A DNA stretch of 64,000 nt. Source: Ignavibacteriales bacterium UBA1304 (GTDB taxonomy: Bacteria; Bacteroidota; Ignavibacteria; Ignavibacteriales; Ignavibacteriaceae). The stretch lies in contig DBTY01000052.1 in the NCBI GenBank assembly GCA_002307295.1, positions 24,714 through 88,713 of the forward strand, in the 5' to 3' direction. The notes under the pieces were generated by a model. That model saw only the letters and a program-made list of their open reading frames with translations. It searched no databases and was not told where the DNA came from. The translations under genes and the position numbers were made by a program. Of this stretch, positions 1 to 9,300 are shown one piece after another (within the stretch, counting starts at the first letter, position 1; each line of letters starts with the position of its first letter).

Positions 1-1491
1 GAATCCTTAAAATATTCTGCCAGGGCGCAAAGAATTGCCGAAAAAATAAACGATGGATATGGTTTGGGGCGCGCGTTAAACAATGTCGGCGTAAGCTATT
101 TCCAATTGAAGAACTATAATAAGGCTAAAGAAATTCAGTTAAAATCTCTTTCGGTAAAAGAATCATATGGAGACCAAACTGGTATAGCGTATTCGTATTG
201 TAACATTGGGGATATTTATGCAGCGCTGGGCAATTATGGCAAGGCAATAGAATATTACAAGAAGGCGTTGGAAATACGAGAAAAATTATCAGATCCTTTC
301 GGCATCGCTACGGTTATGCTTAGAATGGGCACGACCTACAAACTTGCCGGCAATTATCAGACGGCTCATAAGTACTTGGATGAAAGCCTGCGGCTTGCAA
401 AGAAATTCCGAATTAATGAAATCGAGATGGACGCCTATTCCAACTATTCTAATCTGTATGAATCAGAAGGCGACTATAAAGACGCTCTTATTTATTATAA
501 GCTTTTTGACGTTGCGCAGGATTCAATATATTCTAAAGAATATAGGAGCAAGCTTGTTGAATTGCGTTTTAATTACGAATCTGAGAAAAAAGAAAAAGAA
601 ATTGCGCTCCTTACAAAAGAGAATGAACTTAATCAGTTACAGATAAATAAGCAATCATTTTGGACGAGCATATTGATTGCTCTACTTATGTTTGGCTTTT
701 TTGTAGCAATTATTTATTTCTATTTCCAGAATAAGCGGAAAGCTCTTTTACTTGAAAAGAACCGGGCCATGGAAGAAAACTCGGCAGAGCTCAGAGAGCT
801 TAACGCAAGTAAAGATAAATTCTTTTCTATAGTCGCGCACGATTTGAAAAGCCCGTTTCAGGGATTGCTTGGGTTTTCTGCTCTACTGGCAGATGGAATT
901 GATACGCTACCGCAGGATCAGTTAAAGCGGTATGCCGCCAATATAAAAAATGGCACAAAAAATGTATATGAGTTAATAGAAAATCTATTGGATTGGTCAA
1001 GAATGCAGACAGGCAGGTTTGATTTCTCGCCTGAGAAAATAGACATATTTGTAGAAGTTCCTCTTATATTAGAGCTGATTGGCAGTAATGCCGACCACAA
1101 AGGGATTACAATTAAAAACGAAGTACAGGAAGGAACATATCTTTTTGCAGATATAAAAGCTACTCGCTCAATTATTCAGAATATAGTTTCTAACGCCATC
1201 AAATTTACCCTTAAGGGGGGAGAGGTCAAAATTAGTTCTCTACAAAAGGGCGATTTAGTAGAAATAAAAGTGACTGATACCGGAGTTGGAATAAGCGAGA
1301 CGAATCTTTCTAAATTATTTAAAATTGACGTGCAGTTGACTACTGTTGGCACGGCTAATGAAAAAGGGACAGGACTAGGATTACTGCTTTGTAAAGAGAT
1401 GATAGAGAAACAAGGGGGCGAAATAAAAGTTGAAAGTAAATTAGGCTCTGGATCGGTATTCAGTTTTACTCTTCCGGCTTATAACGCGTAA
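1..1491 (+). CDS. TPR-repeat sensor histidine kinase (5'-truncated by window edge)
   Basis: Frame 1 is open from base 1 (the track start at 64 is a TTG), so the N-terminus lies upstream of the window. TPR-like repeats (GNYGKAIEYYKKALEI, GNYQTAHKYLDESLRLA, GDYKDALIYYKLF), a coiled coil, one TM helix (FWTSILIALLMFGFFVAIIYFYF), HisKA H-box FSIVAHDLKSPF, and HATPase_c boxes (SNAIKFT, DTGVGI, GTGLGL). Confidence 0.85.
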   Translation, partial: ESLKYSARAQRIAEKINDGYGLGRALNNVGVSYFQLKNYNKAKEIQLKSLSVKESYGDQTGIAYSYCNIGDIYAALGNYGKAIEYYKKALEIREKLSDPFGIATVMLRMGTTYKLAGNYQTAHKYLDESLRLAKKFRINEIEMDAYSNYSNLYESEGDYKDALIYYKLFDVAQDSIYSKEYRSKLVELRFNYESEKKEKEIALLTKENELNQLQINKQSFWTSILIALLMFGFFVAIIYFYFQNKRKALLLEKNRAMEENSAELRELNASKDKFFSIVAHDLKSPFQGLLGFSALLADGIDTLPQDQLKRYAANIKNGTKNVYELIENLLDWSRMQTGRFDFSPEKIDIFVEVPLILELIGSNADHKGITIKNEVQEGTYLFADIKATRSIIQNIVSNAIKFTLKGGEVKISSLQKGDLVEIKVTDTGVGISETNLSKLFKIDVQLTTVGTANEKGTGLGLLLCKEMIEKQGGEIKVESKLGSGSVFSFTLPAYNA

Positions 1492-1534
1492 ATATAAAAT
1501 TTATGGAAATATTAGTTTATTGGAAATTCAATTT

Positions 1535-4231
1535 ATGAACGTAAAAATTCCTGAACCGGCAACTCGTCCATTTTATTTTAAAAAAATTATATGGGGACTT
1601 GTTTCAATCTGGACCTTGCTTGCAATGCTTTTGATTATCGGTCTGGCTTTAATCGAAAGAGAAACAGTTAAGGAAATGGCTCTGACAGAAGCGCGAGCCG
1701 CCTTTAAAAAAGATATGCAATATCTTAAATGGATGGCGGGCAAAGGAGGGGTTTATATAGCTGTTAACGATTCAATAAATGAGAAAATTACAAAACAAGA
1801 TTACTTCCCCCAAAAAATAAAAATAGACGAAAAAACCCATCTTGTTCTTGTAACGCCGGCATATATAGTACATATGGCCAATAAAGAATTGCATGAAACT
1901 TACGGAGTAAAGAGTCGTCTCATAAGCTCGTTCCCTATTGATCCTGAAAACGTTCCGGACTCGTTTGAAGGGAAAGGCCTGGAAATAATAAGGAATGGAA
2001 AGGATGAATGCATGTTGTCCATTGTCCAAAATGGCGAAACAAAACTATTGTATATGCGCAAATTGAAAACAGAGCAGGCGTGTTCTAAATGTCACACTCA
2101 GCCCCAACCTGACGGCAAGCAGTTCCAGGGAGCCGCCAGCGTTGTTGTGCCTTTAAATCCAATAGCCAAAATTATTAATAAAAAAATCAATTTAGGTTCT
2201 TTGGGCATAGGCATGCTTTGGATAATTGGAATTTTATTTCTCTATCTTGGCGGAGAACGTCTTAACAGACAAGGGGAGCAAAAAAACATGGTATTGATTC
2301 GTTTGAACCAAAGCCGAGATCTGTTATTGGAAGCTCAACGGATAGCTAATGTTGGGAGTTTTGAATGGAACCCTAAAACTAATCTGTTTATTGGTTCTGA
2401 AAACTTTTATAAAATCTTTGGCATATCGCATAAAAATACAACTGGATTATTTGAAGAATTTCTAAACATAATTCATCCGGACGATTTAGAACGTACAAGA
2501 AATTATTTTCTGCAAATGCTTCATACGCAAAAGGAAACTTCATGGTATTTCAGAGCTAAAGTTGCTGGAGGAAATACTATATACATACAGGCATGGGGAC
2601 AAATACAAAAAAATAATCTCGGCGAGGCTGAGAAAATAATTGTTTCGGTTCAGGATATTTCCGAAAGGAAAAACTCAGAGCATGAAATAAGAAAATTATC
2701 GCGCGCCATTGAACAAAGCCCGGTTTCAGTTGTTATAACAGACACAAATGGCTGTATAGTATATGTAAACTCAAAGTTTGAAGAAATTTCCGGTTATAGT
2801 ATTCGTGAAGCCATTGGTCAAAATCCGCGTATCCTGAAATCTGGGCATTTTACAAAAAATGATTATAAAATTCTTTGGGATACAATTCTTTCTGGCAATG
2901 AGTGGCGAGGGGAGTTGTTAAATAAAAAGAAAACTGGAGAGCTCTATTGGGTTTCAGCTTCAATTTCGTCAATAAGGAATGAATTTGGCGAAACTACAAA
3001 TTTTATTGCCGTAAAAGAAGATATTACAAAACGGAAGCAAATGGAGATTGAACTTAACCACGCTCTTGCAAGCGAAGCGGAATCGAGCCGTTTAAAATCT
3101 ATTTTGCTTGCCAATATGAGCCATGAACTCAGAACTCCAATGAACGGCATAATGGGTTTTGCTCAACTGCTTGAAAACGAAATTTCAGAACCGGCTCCTA
3201 AGAATATGCTTAAAAACATTCTTGCTTCCGGCAAACGGCTTATGACTACGCTGAATACAATACTTGATCTAACCGAGCTTGAAGCAAACAAGTTTTGTAT
3301 AATAATAGAAAACGTAAACATTTATAATGAAGTGAGCCGTATACTTGAACAATATGAAGCGGCAGTCCTTGCCAAAGGGCTTGCTTTGATTAATGAATGT
3401 CCAAAGGATTTTTGTATTGACGCCGATAAAGGCATACTGCATAAAATATTAGTTAACATGATTGACAATGCCGTTAAGTTTACAAACAAAGGCGAAATTA
3501 AAGTTACGGCAACCAATTCTCTTAAGAATGGAGAAGGCCGCAAAATGATTTCTGAGATCAGCGTAGCTGATACTGGCATCGGAATAGATGAAAAAAACCT
3601 GAAATTAATATTCCAGGAATTTAGACAGGCCAGCGAAGGTTATAATCGTAGCTTTGAAGGGAGCGGCTTAGGGCTGACTCTTGCCCGGAAAATGGCTCTT
3701 CTGCTTAATGGCGATATTACTGTAACAAGCGAAATTGGAAAGGGCTCCGTCTTTTCCTTAAAACTTCCTTCAACGTGCAATGAAGCTATAAAGACGAAAA
3801 GCGAACGAATATCTATTGAAGAAAATAATGGCAGGACGAAAAGCCGAAATATAAAATCAGTCCCTGCTGTACTTTTAGTTGAAGATAACGAAATAAACAC
3901 AGAAGTGGTTCGTTTATATTTGAACGACAATTATAATATAGAATGCGTTAGCGACGGCAAGTCGGCTATAAAAATAGCGTCTGAAAAACAGTTTAATCTT
4001 ATATTGATGGATATTAATCTTGGTCCCGGCATAACAGGTATAGAAGCGACCAGAGAAATAAGGAAATTGCCTAATTATGCCAATACGCCAATAGTAGCCT
4101 TAACAGGCTATGCAATGAGAAAGGACAAAGAACGGTTTTTATCGGAAGGTCTGACGCATTATCTTGCAAAACCTTTTGAACAGAAGGATATTGTAGGATT
4201 ATTAGCCAATATTTTTGGAAACCAAAATTAA
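1535..4231 (+). CDS. Hybrid sensor histidine kinase/response regulator with periplasmic Tll0287/DUF3365-like heme-c (CXXCH) domain and two PAS domains
   Basis: ATG at 1535 preferred to TTG at 1520. TM helix, then a periplasmic region with CSKCH (nt 2081-2095), then a second TM. Two PAS-like regions follow, then HisKA (MSHELRTPMNGI), HATPase_c (DNAVKFT, DTGIGI, GSGLGL) and a C-terminal receiver (LLVEDNEIN, ILMDINLGP, ALTGYA, AKPF). Confidence 0.85.
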   Translation: MNVKIPEPATRPFYFKKIIWGLVSIWTLLAMLLIIGLALIERETVKEMALTEARAAFKKDMQYLKWMAGKGGVYIAVNDSINEKITKQDYFPQKIKIDEKTHLVLVTPAYIVHMANKELHETYGVKSRLISSFPIDPENVPDSFEGKGLEIIRNGKDECMLSIVQNGETKLLYMRKLKTEQACSKCHTQPQPDGKQFQGAASVVVPLNPIAKIINKKINLGSLGIGMLWIIGILFLYLGGERLNRQGEQKNMVLIRLNQSRDLLLEAQRIANVGSFEWNPKTNLFIGSENFYKIFGISHKNTTGLFEEFLNIIHPDDLERTRNYFLQMLHTQKETSWYFRAKVAGGNTIYIQAWGQIQKNNLGEAEKIIVSVQDISERKNSEHEIRKLSRAIEQSPVSVVITDTNGCIVYVNSKFEEISGYSIREAIGQNPRILKSGHFTKNDYKILWDTILSGNEWRGELLNKKKTGELYWVSASISSIRNEFGETTNFIAVKEDITKRKQMEIELNHALASEAESSRLKSILLANMSHELRTPMNGIMGFAQLLENEISEPAPKNMLKNILASGKRLMTTLNTILDLTELEANKFCIIIENVNIYNEVSRILEQYEAAVLAKGLALINECPKDFCIDADKGILHKILVNMIDNAVKFTNKGEIKVTATNSLKNGEGRKMISEISVADTGIGIDEKNLKLIFQEFRQASEGYNRSFEGSGLGLTLARKMALLLNGDITVTSEIGKGSVFSLKLPSTCNEAIKTKSERISIEENNGRTKSRNIKSVPAVLLVEDNEINTEVVRLYLNDNYNIECVSDGKSAIKIASEKQFNLILMDINLGPGITGIEATREIRKLPNYANTPIVALTGYAMRKDKERFLSEGLTHYLAKPFEQKDIVGLLANIFGNQN

Positions 4232-4256
4232 AGAACTAAGTATTTAACAGCTATAC

Positions 4257-5189
4257 ATGAATATAAAAAACAGCGTTACAGAACTATTCAAAATTAAATA
4301 TCCGGTCATTCAGGGGGGAATGGTCTGGGCGTCCGGTTGGAGGCTTGCTTCAGCGGTTTCAAATTGCGGCGGGCTGGGGCTTATTGGAGCCGGTTCTATG
4401 AAGCCGGAATTATTGCGCGAGCATATAAAAAAATGTAAAGCCGCAACGGCGCTCCCATTTGGAGTTAATATCCCTCTAATGCGCGGCGACGCTGAAGACC
4501 TGATTAAAACTACAATAGACGAGGGAGTAAAAATAGTATTTACATCGGCGGGCTCGCCGGCAAAGTTTATAGAGCTACTTAAAAAAAACGGAGTTATTTC
4601 TACTCACGTAGCGGCTACGGTAAAGCACGGTATTAAAGCCGAAAACGTCGGCTGCGACGCCATTGTAGGCGAAGGAGTAGAAGCCGGAGGACATAACGGA
4701 GCTGATGAAATTACGACCTTATGTTTAATTCCGCAGCTTGTAGACGCGGTAAAAATTCCAGTTATTGCAGCTGGCGGAATTGCCGATGGAAGGCAGATTG
4801 CCGCGGCGTTTTGCCTTGGAGCTAAAGGCGTTCAGATTGGGACGCGGTTTGCCGCTACGGTTGAATCCTCTGCAAGCGACGTATATAAAGAAAGAATTGC
4901 TGTTGCAAAGGACGATGCTACTACGCTGGCTTTTAAGAAAATTGGCTTGGTTAGAATGCTAAAAACTGAGTTTGCTTTGCGCGTATTATCTGCCGAAAAC
5001 GAAGGCGTATCTTCAGAACAACTAAAAGAGATTCTTGGCAGTAAAAGAGAAATGCAGGGAATTTTTAACGGCGACGAAAAAGAAGGGGCTTTTGAAGCCG
5101 GGCAAAGCTCAGGGTTAGTAAAAAGCGTTTTGACTGTAAAAGAAGTTTTTGAAGAATTAATAACTTGTTACGACAAGATAAAAATATAA
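4257..5189 (+). CDS. NAD(P)H-dependent flavin oxidoreductase, FabK (enoyl-ACP reductase II) / nitronate monooxygenase family
   Basis: Full-length by-eye similarity to FabK/NPD proteins: YPVIQGGM, GLGLIGAG, GEGVEAGGH, IPVIAAGGIADGR, GAKGVQIGTRF. Confidence 0.8.
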   Translation: MNIKNSVTELFKIKYPVIQGGMVWASGWRLASAVSNCGGLGLIGAGSMKPELLREHIKKCKAATALPFGVNIPLMRGDAEDLIKTTIDEGVKIVFTSAGSPAKFIELLKKNGVISTHVAATVKHGIKAENVGCDAIVGEGVEAGGHNGADEITTLCLIPQLVDAVKIPVIAAGGIADGRQIAAAFCLGAKGVQIGTRFAATVESSASDVYKERIAVAKDDATTLAFKKIGLVRMLKTEFALRVLSAENEGVSSEQLKEILGSKREMQGIFNGDEKEGAFEAGQSSGLVKSVLTVKEVFEELITCYDKIKI

Positions 5190-5218
5190 CCTTCAGGGGG
5201 GAGGGATCCCTGAAGGTT
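5188..5218. terminator. Hairpin between convergent genes (probable bidirectional terminator)
   Basis: Perfect 11-bp stem aaccttcaggg / ccctgaaggtt with a 9-nt loop, lying exactly between the stop codons at 5189 (+) and 5223 (-). No long U-tract. Confidence 0.55.
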
Positions 5219-5222
5219 AATC

Positions 5223-5585
5223 TTAAAAGAAATCTTCTCTTACTAAGAGAAGTATTGCGGACTGGGAAACTATAAATAGCTTTTCTTTTTCGTATTCAAT
5301 TTCAACTGCTTCTTTACGTAAAAATATGGCTAAATCGCCTTCTTTACATTGTAGAGGCACATATCTAACTTTTTCCTGCTTCTCTTTCCATGGCTCTTCG
5401 TCGTCAACATTTGCAGGCACTGGATAACCGGGACCAACTTTAAGAATATACCCGGATTGAACTTTCTCTTTTTCCTGCACTCCGACCGGCAAATATAATC
5501 CGCTTGCTGTTTTTTCAGAATCTTCTTCTGGGCGGACTAAAACCCGGTCGCCTACGACCAATAGCTTGTGAATATTTTTTAACAT
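5223..5585 (-). CDS. GroES/Cpn10-family protein, atypically long, orphan (no groEL nearby)
   Basis: Cpn10 pattern GDRVLVRP..(mobile-loop-like EKTASGLYLP)..SGYILKVGPG....EGDLAIF....IVSQSAILLLV. The segment after VGPG is clearly longer than in canonical ~95-aa GroES. Confidence 0.6.
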   Translation of the reverse strand: MLKNIHKLLVVGDRVLVRPEEDSEKTASGLYLPVGVQEKEKVQSGYILKVGPGYPVPANVDDEEPWKEKQEKVRYVPLQCKEGDLAIFLRKEAVEIEYEKEKLFIVSQSAILLLVREDFF

Positions 5586-5803
5586 CTCTTCAATATTTCT
5601 TTTATTCTACAAATATACAAACAATTATTTTTAATGTCAGTTAAAAAATAAAATGCGGAAAATTTTAAGCGCATTATAACTTCTTTATGTAATTCTTCTT
5701 AAAAATAATATCTGTATGTTTAAAACCAAATTTTTATATAATTGTTCAATTGGATATTGGAAATATTTAAGCGGTAAACGCTCTTATTGCGGAGAAATTA
5801 TAA

Positions 5804-6328
5804 ATGAATGAAAAAATAGTTTTAATTGGCGATTCAATTACTTTTGGCTTTGAGACAAAGGAATTGCTGCCTGAATTTAATATTGTTAATAAAGGAATTT
5901 ACGGAGATAATACTACGGGCGTATTAGTCCGTTTGGAAAATGACGTAATTAAAGAAAACCCGGATAAAGTATTTGTTTTAATTGGGACGAATGATTTTGC
6001 GCTTGAAAGAAGCGATGAGGAACTAATAAATAACATTAGCGAGATTCTGGACGAATTGAGTGAGCGACTAAAAGATGCAAAGATTTATTTAACTCCGCTT
6101 TTGCCAACGCTGAATATTGATAACAGACCAAACGACAGAATAAGAGGCGTAAATTTAAAGTTGCGCTTACTGACCGAAAAATATAAAATAAATTATTTTG
6201 ACCTATACAATAAGCTTGTTAATGTGAATGGGGAGCTAAATGTTCGTTATACAATTGACGGATTGCATTTGAGCGAAGCCGCTTATAAAATTTGGGCGGA
6301 TTTTCTTAAAGAAGAATTACAAAAATAA
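5804..6328 (+). CDS. SGNH/GDSL-family hydrolase (esterase/acylhydrolase)
   Basis: SGNH blocks: LIGDSITFG (block I Ser), YGDNTTG (block II Gly), LIGTNDF (block III Asn), DGLHLS (block V Asp/His). GGAGA RBS upstream of the ATG. Confidence 0.8.
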   Translation: MNEKIVLIGDSITFGFETKELLPEFNIVNKGIYGDNTTGVLVRLENDVIKENPDKVFVLIGTNDFALERSDEELINNISEILDELSERLKDAKIYLTPLLPTLNIDNRPNDRIRGVNLKLRLLTEKYKINYFDLYNKLVNVNGELNVRYTIDGLHLSEAAYKIWADFLKEELQK

Positions 6329-6342
6329 AAGAGCTAAAAAAA

Positions 6343-6377
6343 CGTCAGAGCAAGCGCTTTTGCTCTGACGCTTTTCT
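6343..6377. terminator. Rho-independent-type hairpin between convergent genes
   Basis: Perfect 10-bp stem cgtcagagca / tgctctgacg with an 8-nt loop, an A-run upstream and a T-rich tail downstream. Sits between the stops at 6328 (+) and 6388 (-). Confidence 0.65.
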
Positions 6378-6387
6378 AAAAATATAA

Positions 6388-9300
6388 TTATTCTTCCGCT
6401 AACGTGTTATGCTCCGGAGCAAAGCCTAATTTTGCATTAACCTTTGCAAGGCCTTCAATGGCGGACTTATTAGAAGGCGAATTTTTTACTCCCCATTCAA
6501 ACATTGTCTTCGAAGAATCAAATATTCCGGCTGAATAAAACGCCTCGCCCAATCCTGCGCAGGCGCGCGAAGAGGAAGGGACAAGTTTAAGCTCTTCTGA
6601 AAAATAATCTTTCGCGGCGTCTAATTCCCCGGAAACTAATGCAATATTACCAGCTAAGTTCACTACGTCGGGATAATCAAGTTTGTAATTTCTTCTGTTT
6701 GATACATGGAAAGTTTCAGCCGCTATTTTAAACCATTTATTTGCATAAGTAAATTTTTGTTCTTCTGCGTAAGCTATAGCTCTTTCAAACGCCTCAATAA
6801 AAGTATCGTTATTAAGAGGATATTTTATTGGACAGGTCTTAAATTCTTTTCCTTTAATCCATATCTCGTCTGGCGACGCGCCCCATTTATCAGCAAATAT
6901 TTCTCCGTTAATTTTTAGTCTTTCAGCGTAATTGTTTTCGCCGTCCGATTTAAAACTTTTTGAACCATAATGATGGATAAAAACATCCGCCGCTATAACT
7001 GCTTTATAACCAGCAAGCTGAGCGCGCAGGCAATAATCGTCGTCTTCAAAATTACCGGGACTAAAACGCTCGTCCAAGCCGCCAAGCTCTTCAAACGTTC
7101 TTCTTTTTATAAGAGTACATAAGAAGGCGAGTCGCGGAAACTGGGTAATAACGCCTGCATTTTTTGTCTTTGCGTTTTGCGCGTATAGTTCCATTTCCTT
7201 AATAGACGAGTATTTGGCCTGAGAATCAAATTGCGCTCCGCTAACGGAATTGCTGATAGGTCCTACAACCCCAATATGTGGGTCTGATTCGGCTACGTCG
7301 ATTAATCTTTCGAGCCAGCCTTTGGTAACAACTGTATCGTTATTTAATATCAAAACATAAGAGCCCATGGCAGCTTTTATCCCCTGATTAACAGCGGCTG
7401 GGAATCCAAGATTCTCAGCATTAGCTATGACTCTTATTTCCGGATAAATATGTTTAACCTGCGCTATCGTGTCGTCAGATGAAGCGTTATCAATAAGTAT
7501 TATTTCGTAATTAAGTTTTGTGTAGAGCTTAACGCTTTCTATGCACTCTTTGGTATAGTTAAACTGATTAAATGTAACGAGTATAATGCTTACTATAGGA
7601 GGTTCTGAATATGCTAATGCGCGGGATGTTTTAAAGTCTTTGCGCGAAGTAAAACTCAAAAGATGCTGCAATCGTTTACGCATCATTGCGCTGGAAAATT
7701 GCGATGAGATTAATTCTTTCCCTTTTGCGGAAAATGACTCCCACAAAGATTTATCTGTATATAATAATATAGCTTTTTGGGCAAACTCTTTTGGGTCGTC
7801 TGTAATAAATGAATGAACTCCATTAATAATATTCATCCCTTCGGCGCCAATAGAGGTAGAAACCATTGGCAGCCCGTGCGAAAGCGATTGTCCTACTTTG
7901 CCCTTCATACCAGCTCCAAAGCGAAGCGGCGTAACAGTAACTCTGCATTTATTAAGATAAGGCTCAACTTCAGGTACCCAGCCTGTAACAATAATATCGT
8001 CGGAAGAAAGGGCAGTTATTCTTTCAGTGGGGTTATTGCCGACTATATAAAACTTAACGTCTGTTAGTCCCTTCTTAATTAAAGGAAATATTTCATTTAC
8101 AAAATAAAAGACAGCGTCTTCATTTGGGTTGTGGTTAAAGTTGCCTACGAATATAAAATCTTTTCGCTCGTCAAAACCAGAGGCGGAGTCGCGCGCATCG
8201 TGTACGTCGGGGATAACAAACACAGCTTTATCTGCTAAATCTTTTTTAAGAACATCTTTATCCTGCGCCGTAACAGTAAGTACGCAATCAGATTTTGTAT
8301 ACAAAGCAAGTTCTCGTTGTTTTGTCAATGCGGCTTCATTCAGCAGGTTGTTGTCTTTTAATAGATATGCTCTTCTTTGTTCGCGCAGGTAGTGGATATC
8401 AACCGAATCAATAATAACAGGCGTATCAGGGATTTCATTTCTAATCAAATCAATAAAGTAGTCTGCTATATGCCAAAAAGCTATATAAACAAAATCAAAC
8501 TTACGAGCTTTTAATTCAAGACTGCCAATTAATTCTTTAAGTATTGGCTGAACCGAAGGCGTATTGCGAATACCCCACCAGCTTTCGTAGTTGAACCAGT
8601 GAAATTCAACTCCCTGCATTTCGAAATCGTGGAAATATTCAGCGGCTTTTTCATCGGAGTATTGTTTGCCCATCATATGCGCATAAGTAACCTGACAGTC
8701 CAGGTCAATAAGTTGTTTTAAGGTATTGTAATGCCTTAAAGCTCCGGATGCTCTATCGGGCAGGGGAGGGATATCGTCAATGATTAAAATGCGCTTGCCC
8801 TGTTTGCGGTTAGAAAACTGATAAAGAAGTTTGGGAGCGTTGGGGTATTGCAAAGCAAGTTCGCTTTGCCATTTTTCAATAAACTTAGGCGCATTGATAA
8901 TCTGATATCTTTTTAATCCGACAGTAACGTCAGTCCCGTTAGTAACGCCTTCGTAATGGATAACATGAGACGAAGGGCAATAATAAATTTTGTAACCAAG
9001 TTTTCGAATGCCAAAACAGAGGTCGGTATCTTCAAAATATGCGGGAGCAAAACGATAATCAAATCCGTCCAGCTGGTTAAACAAACTGCGTTTAACCATT
9101 AGCGAGGCTCCGGAACAATAATCTACTTCTCTTGCAAAATTATAACGGGCGTCGATAATCTCGCCATTACGGCCGTAGTTCCAGCCGGTAGCGTCGTTAA
9201 AAATAACTCCGCCCGCTTCTTGTAATTTTTTGTTAGCAAAAATAAGTTTAGAGCCTGCGCCGCCTGCATCCGGATAATAAACAAAAATATTATATAAATT

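Noticed and set aside
5586-5803. CIRCE (TTAGCACTC-N9-GAGTGCTAA) or a sigma54-like motif upstream of the GroES-like and SGNH genes.
   Set aside because: No CIRCE-like inverted repeat was seen. The only GG-N10-GC candidate (TGGAAATATTTAAGCG) lacks the TTGC core.
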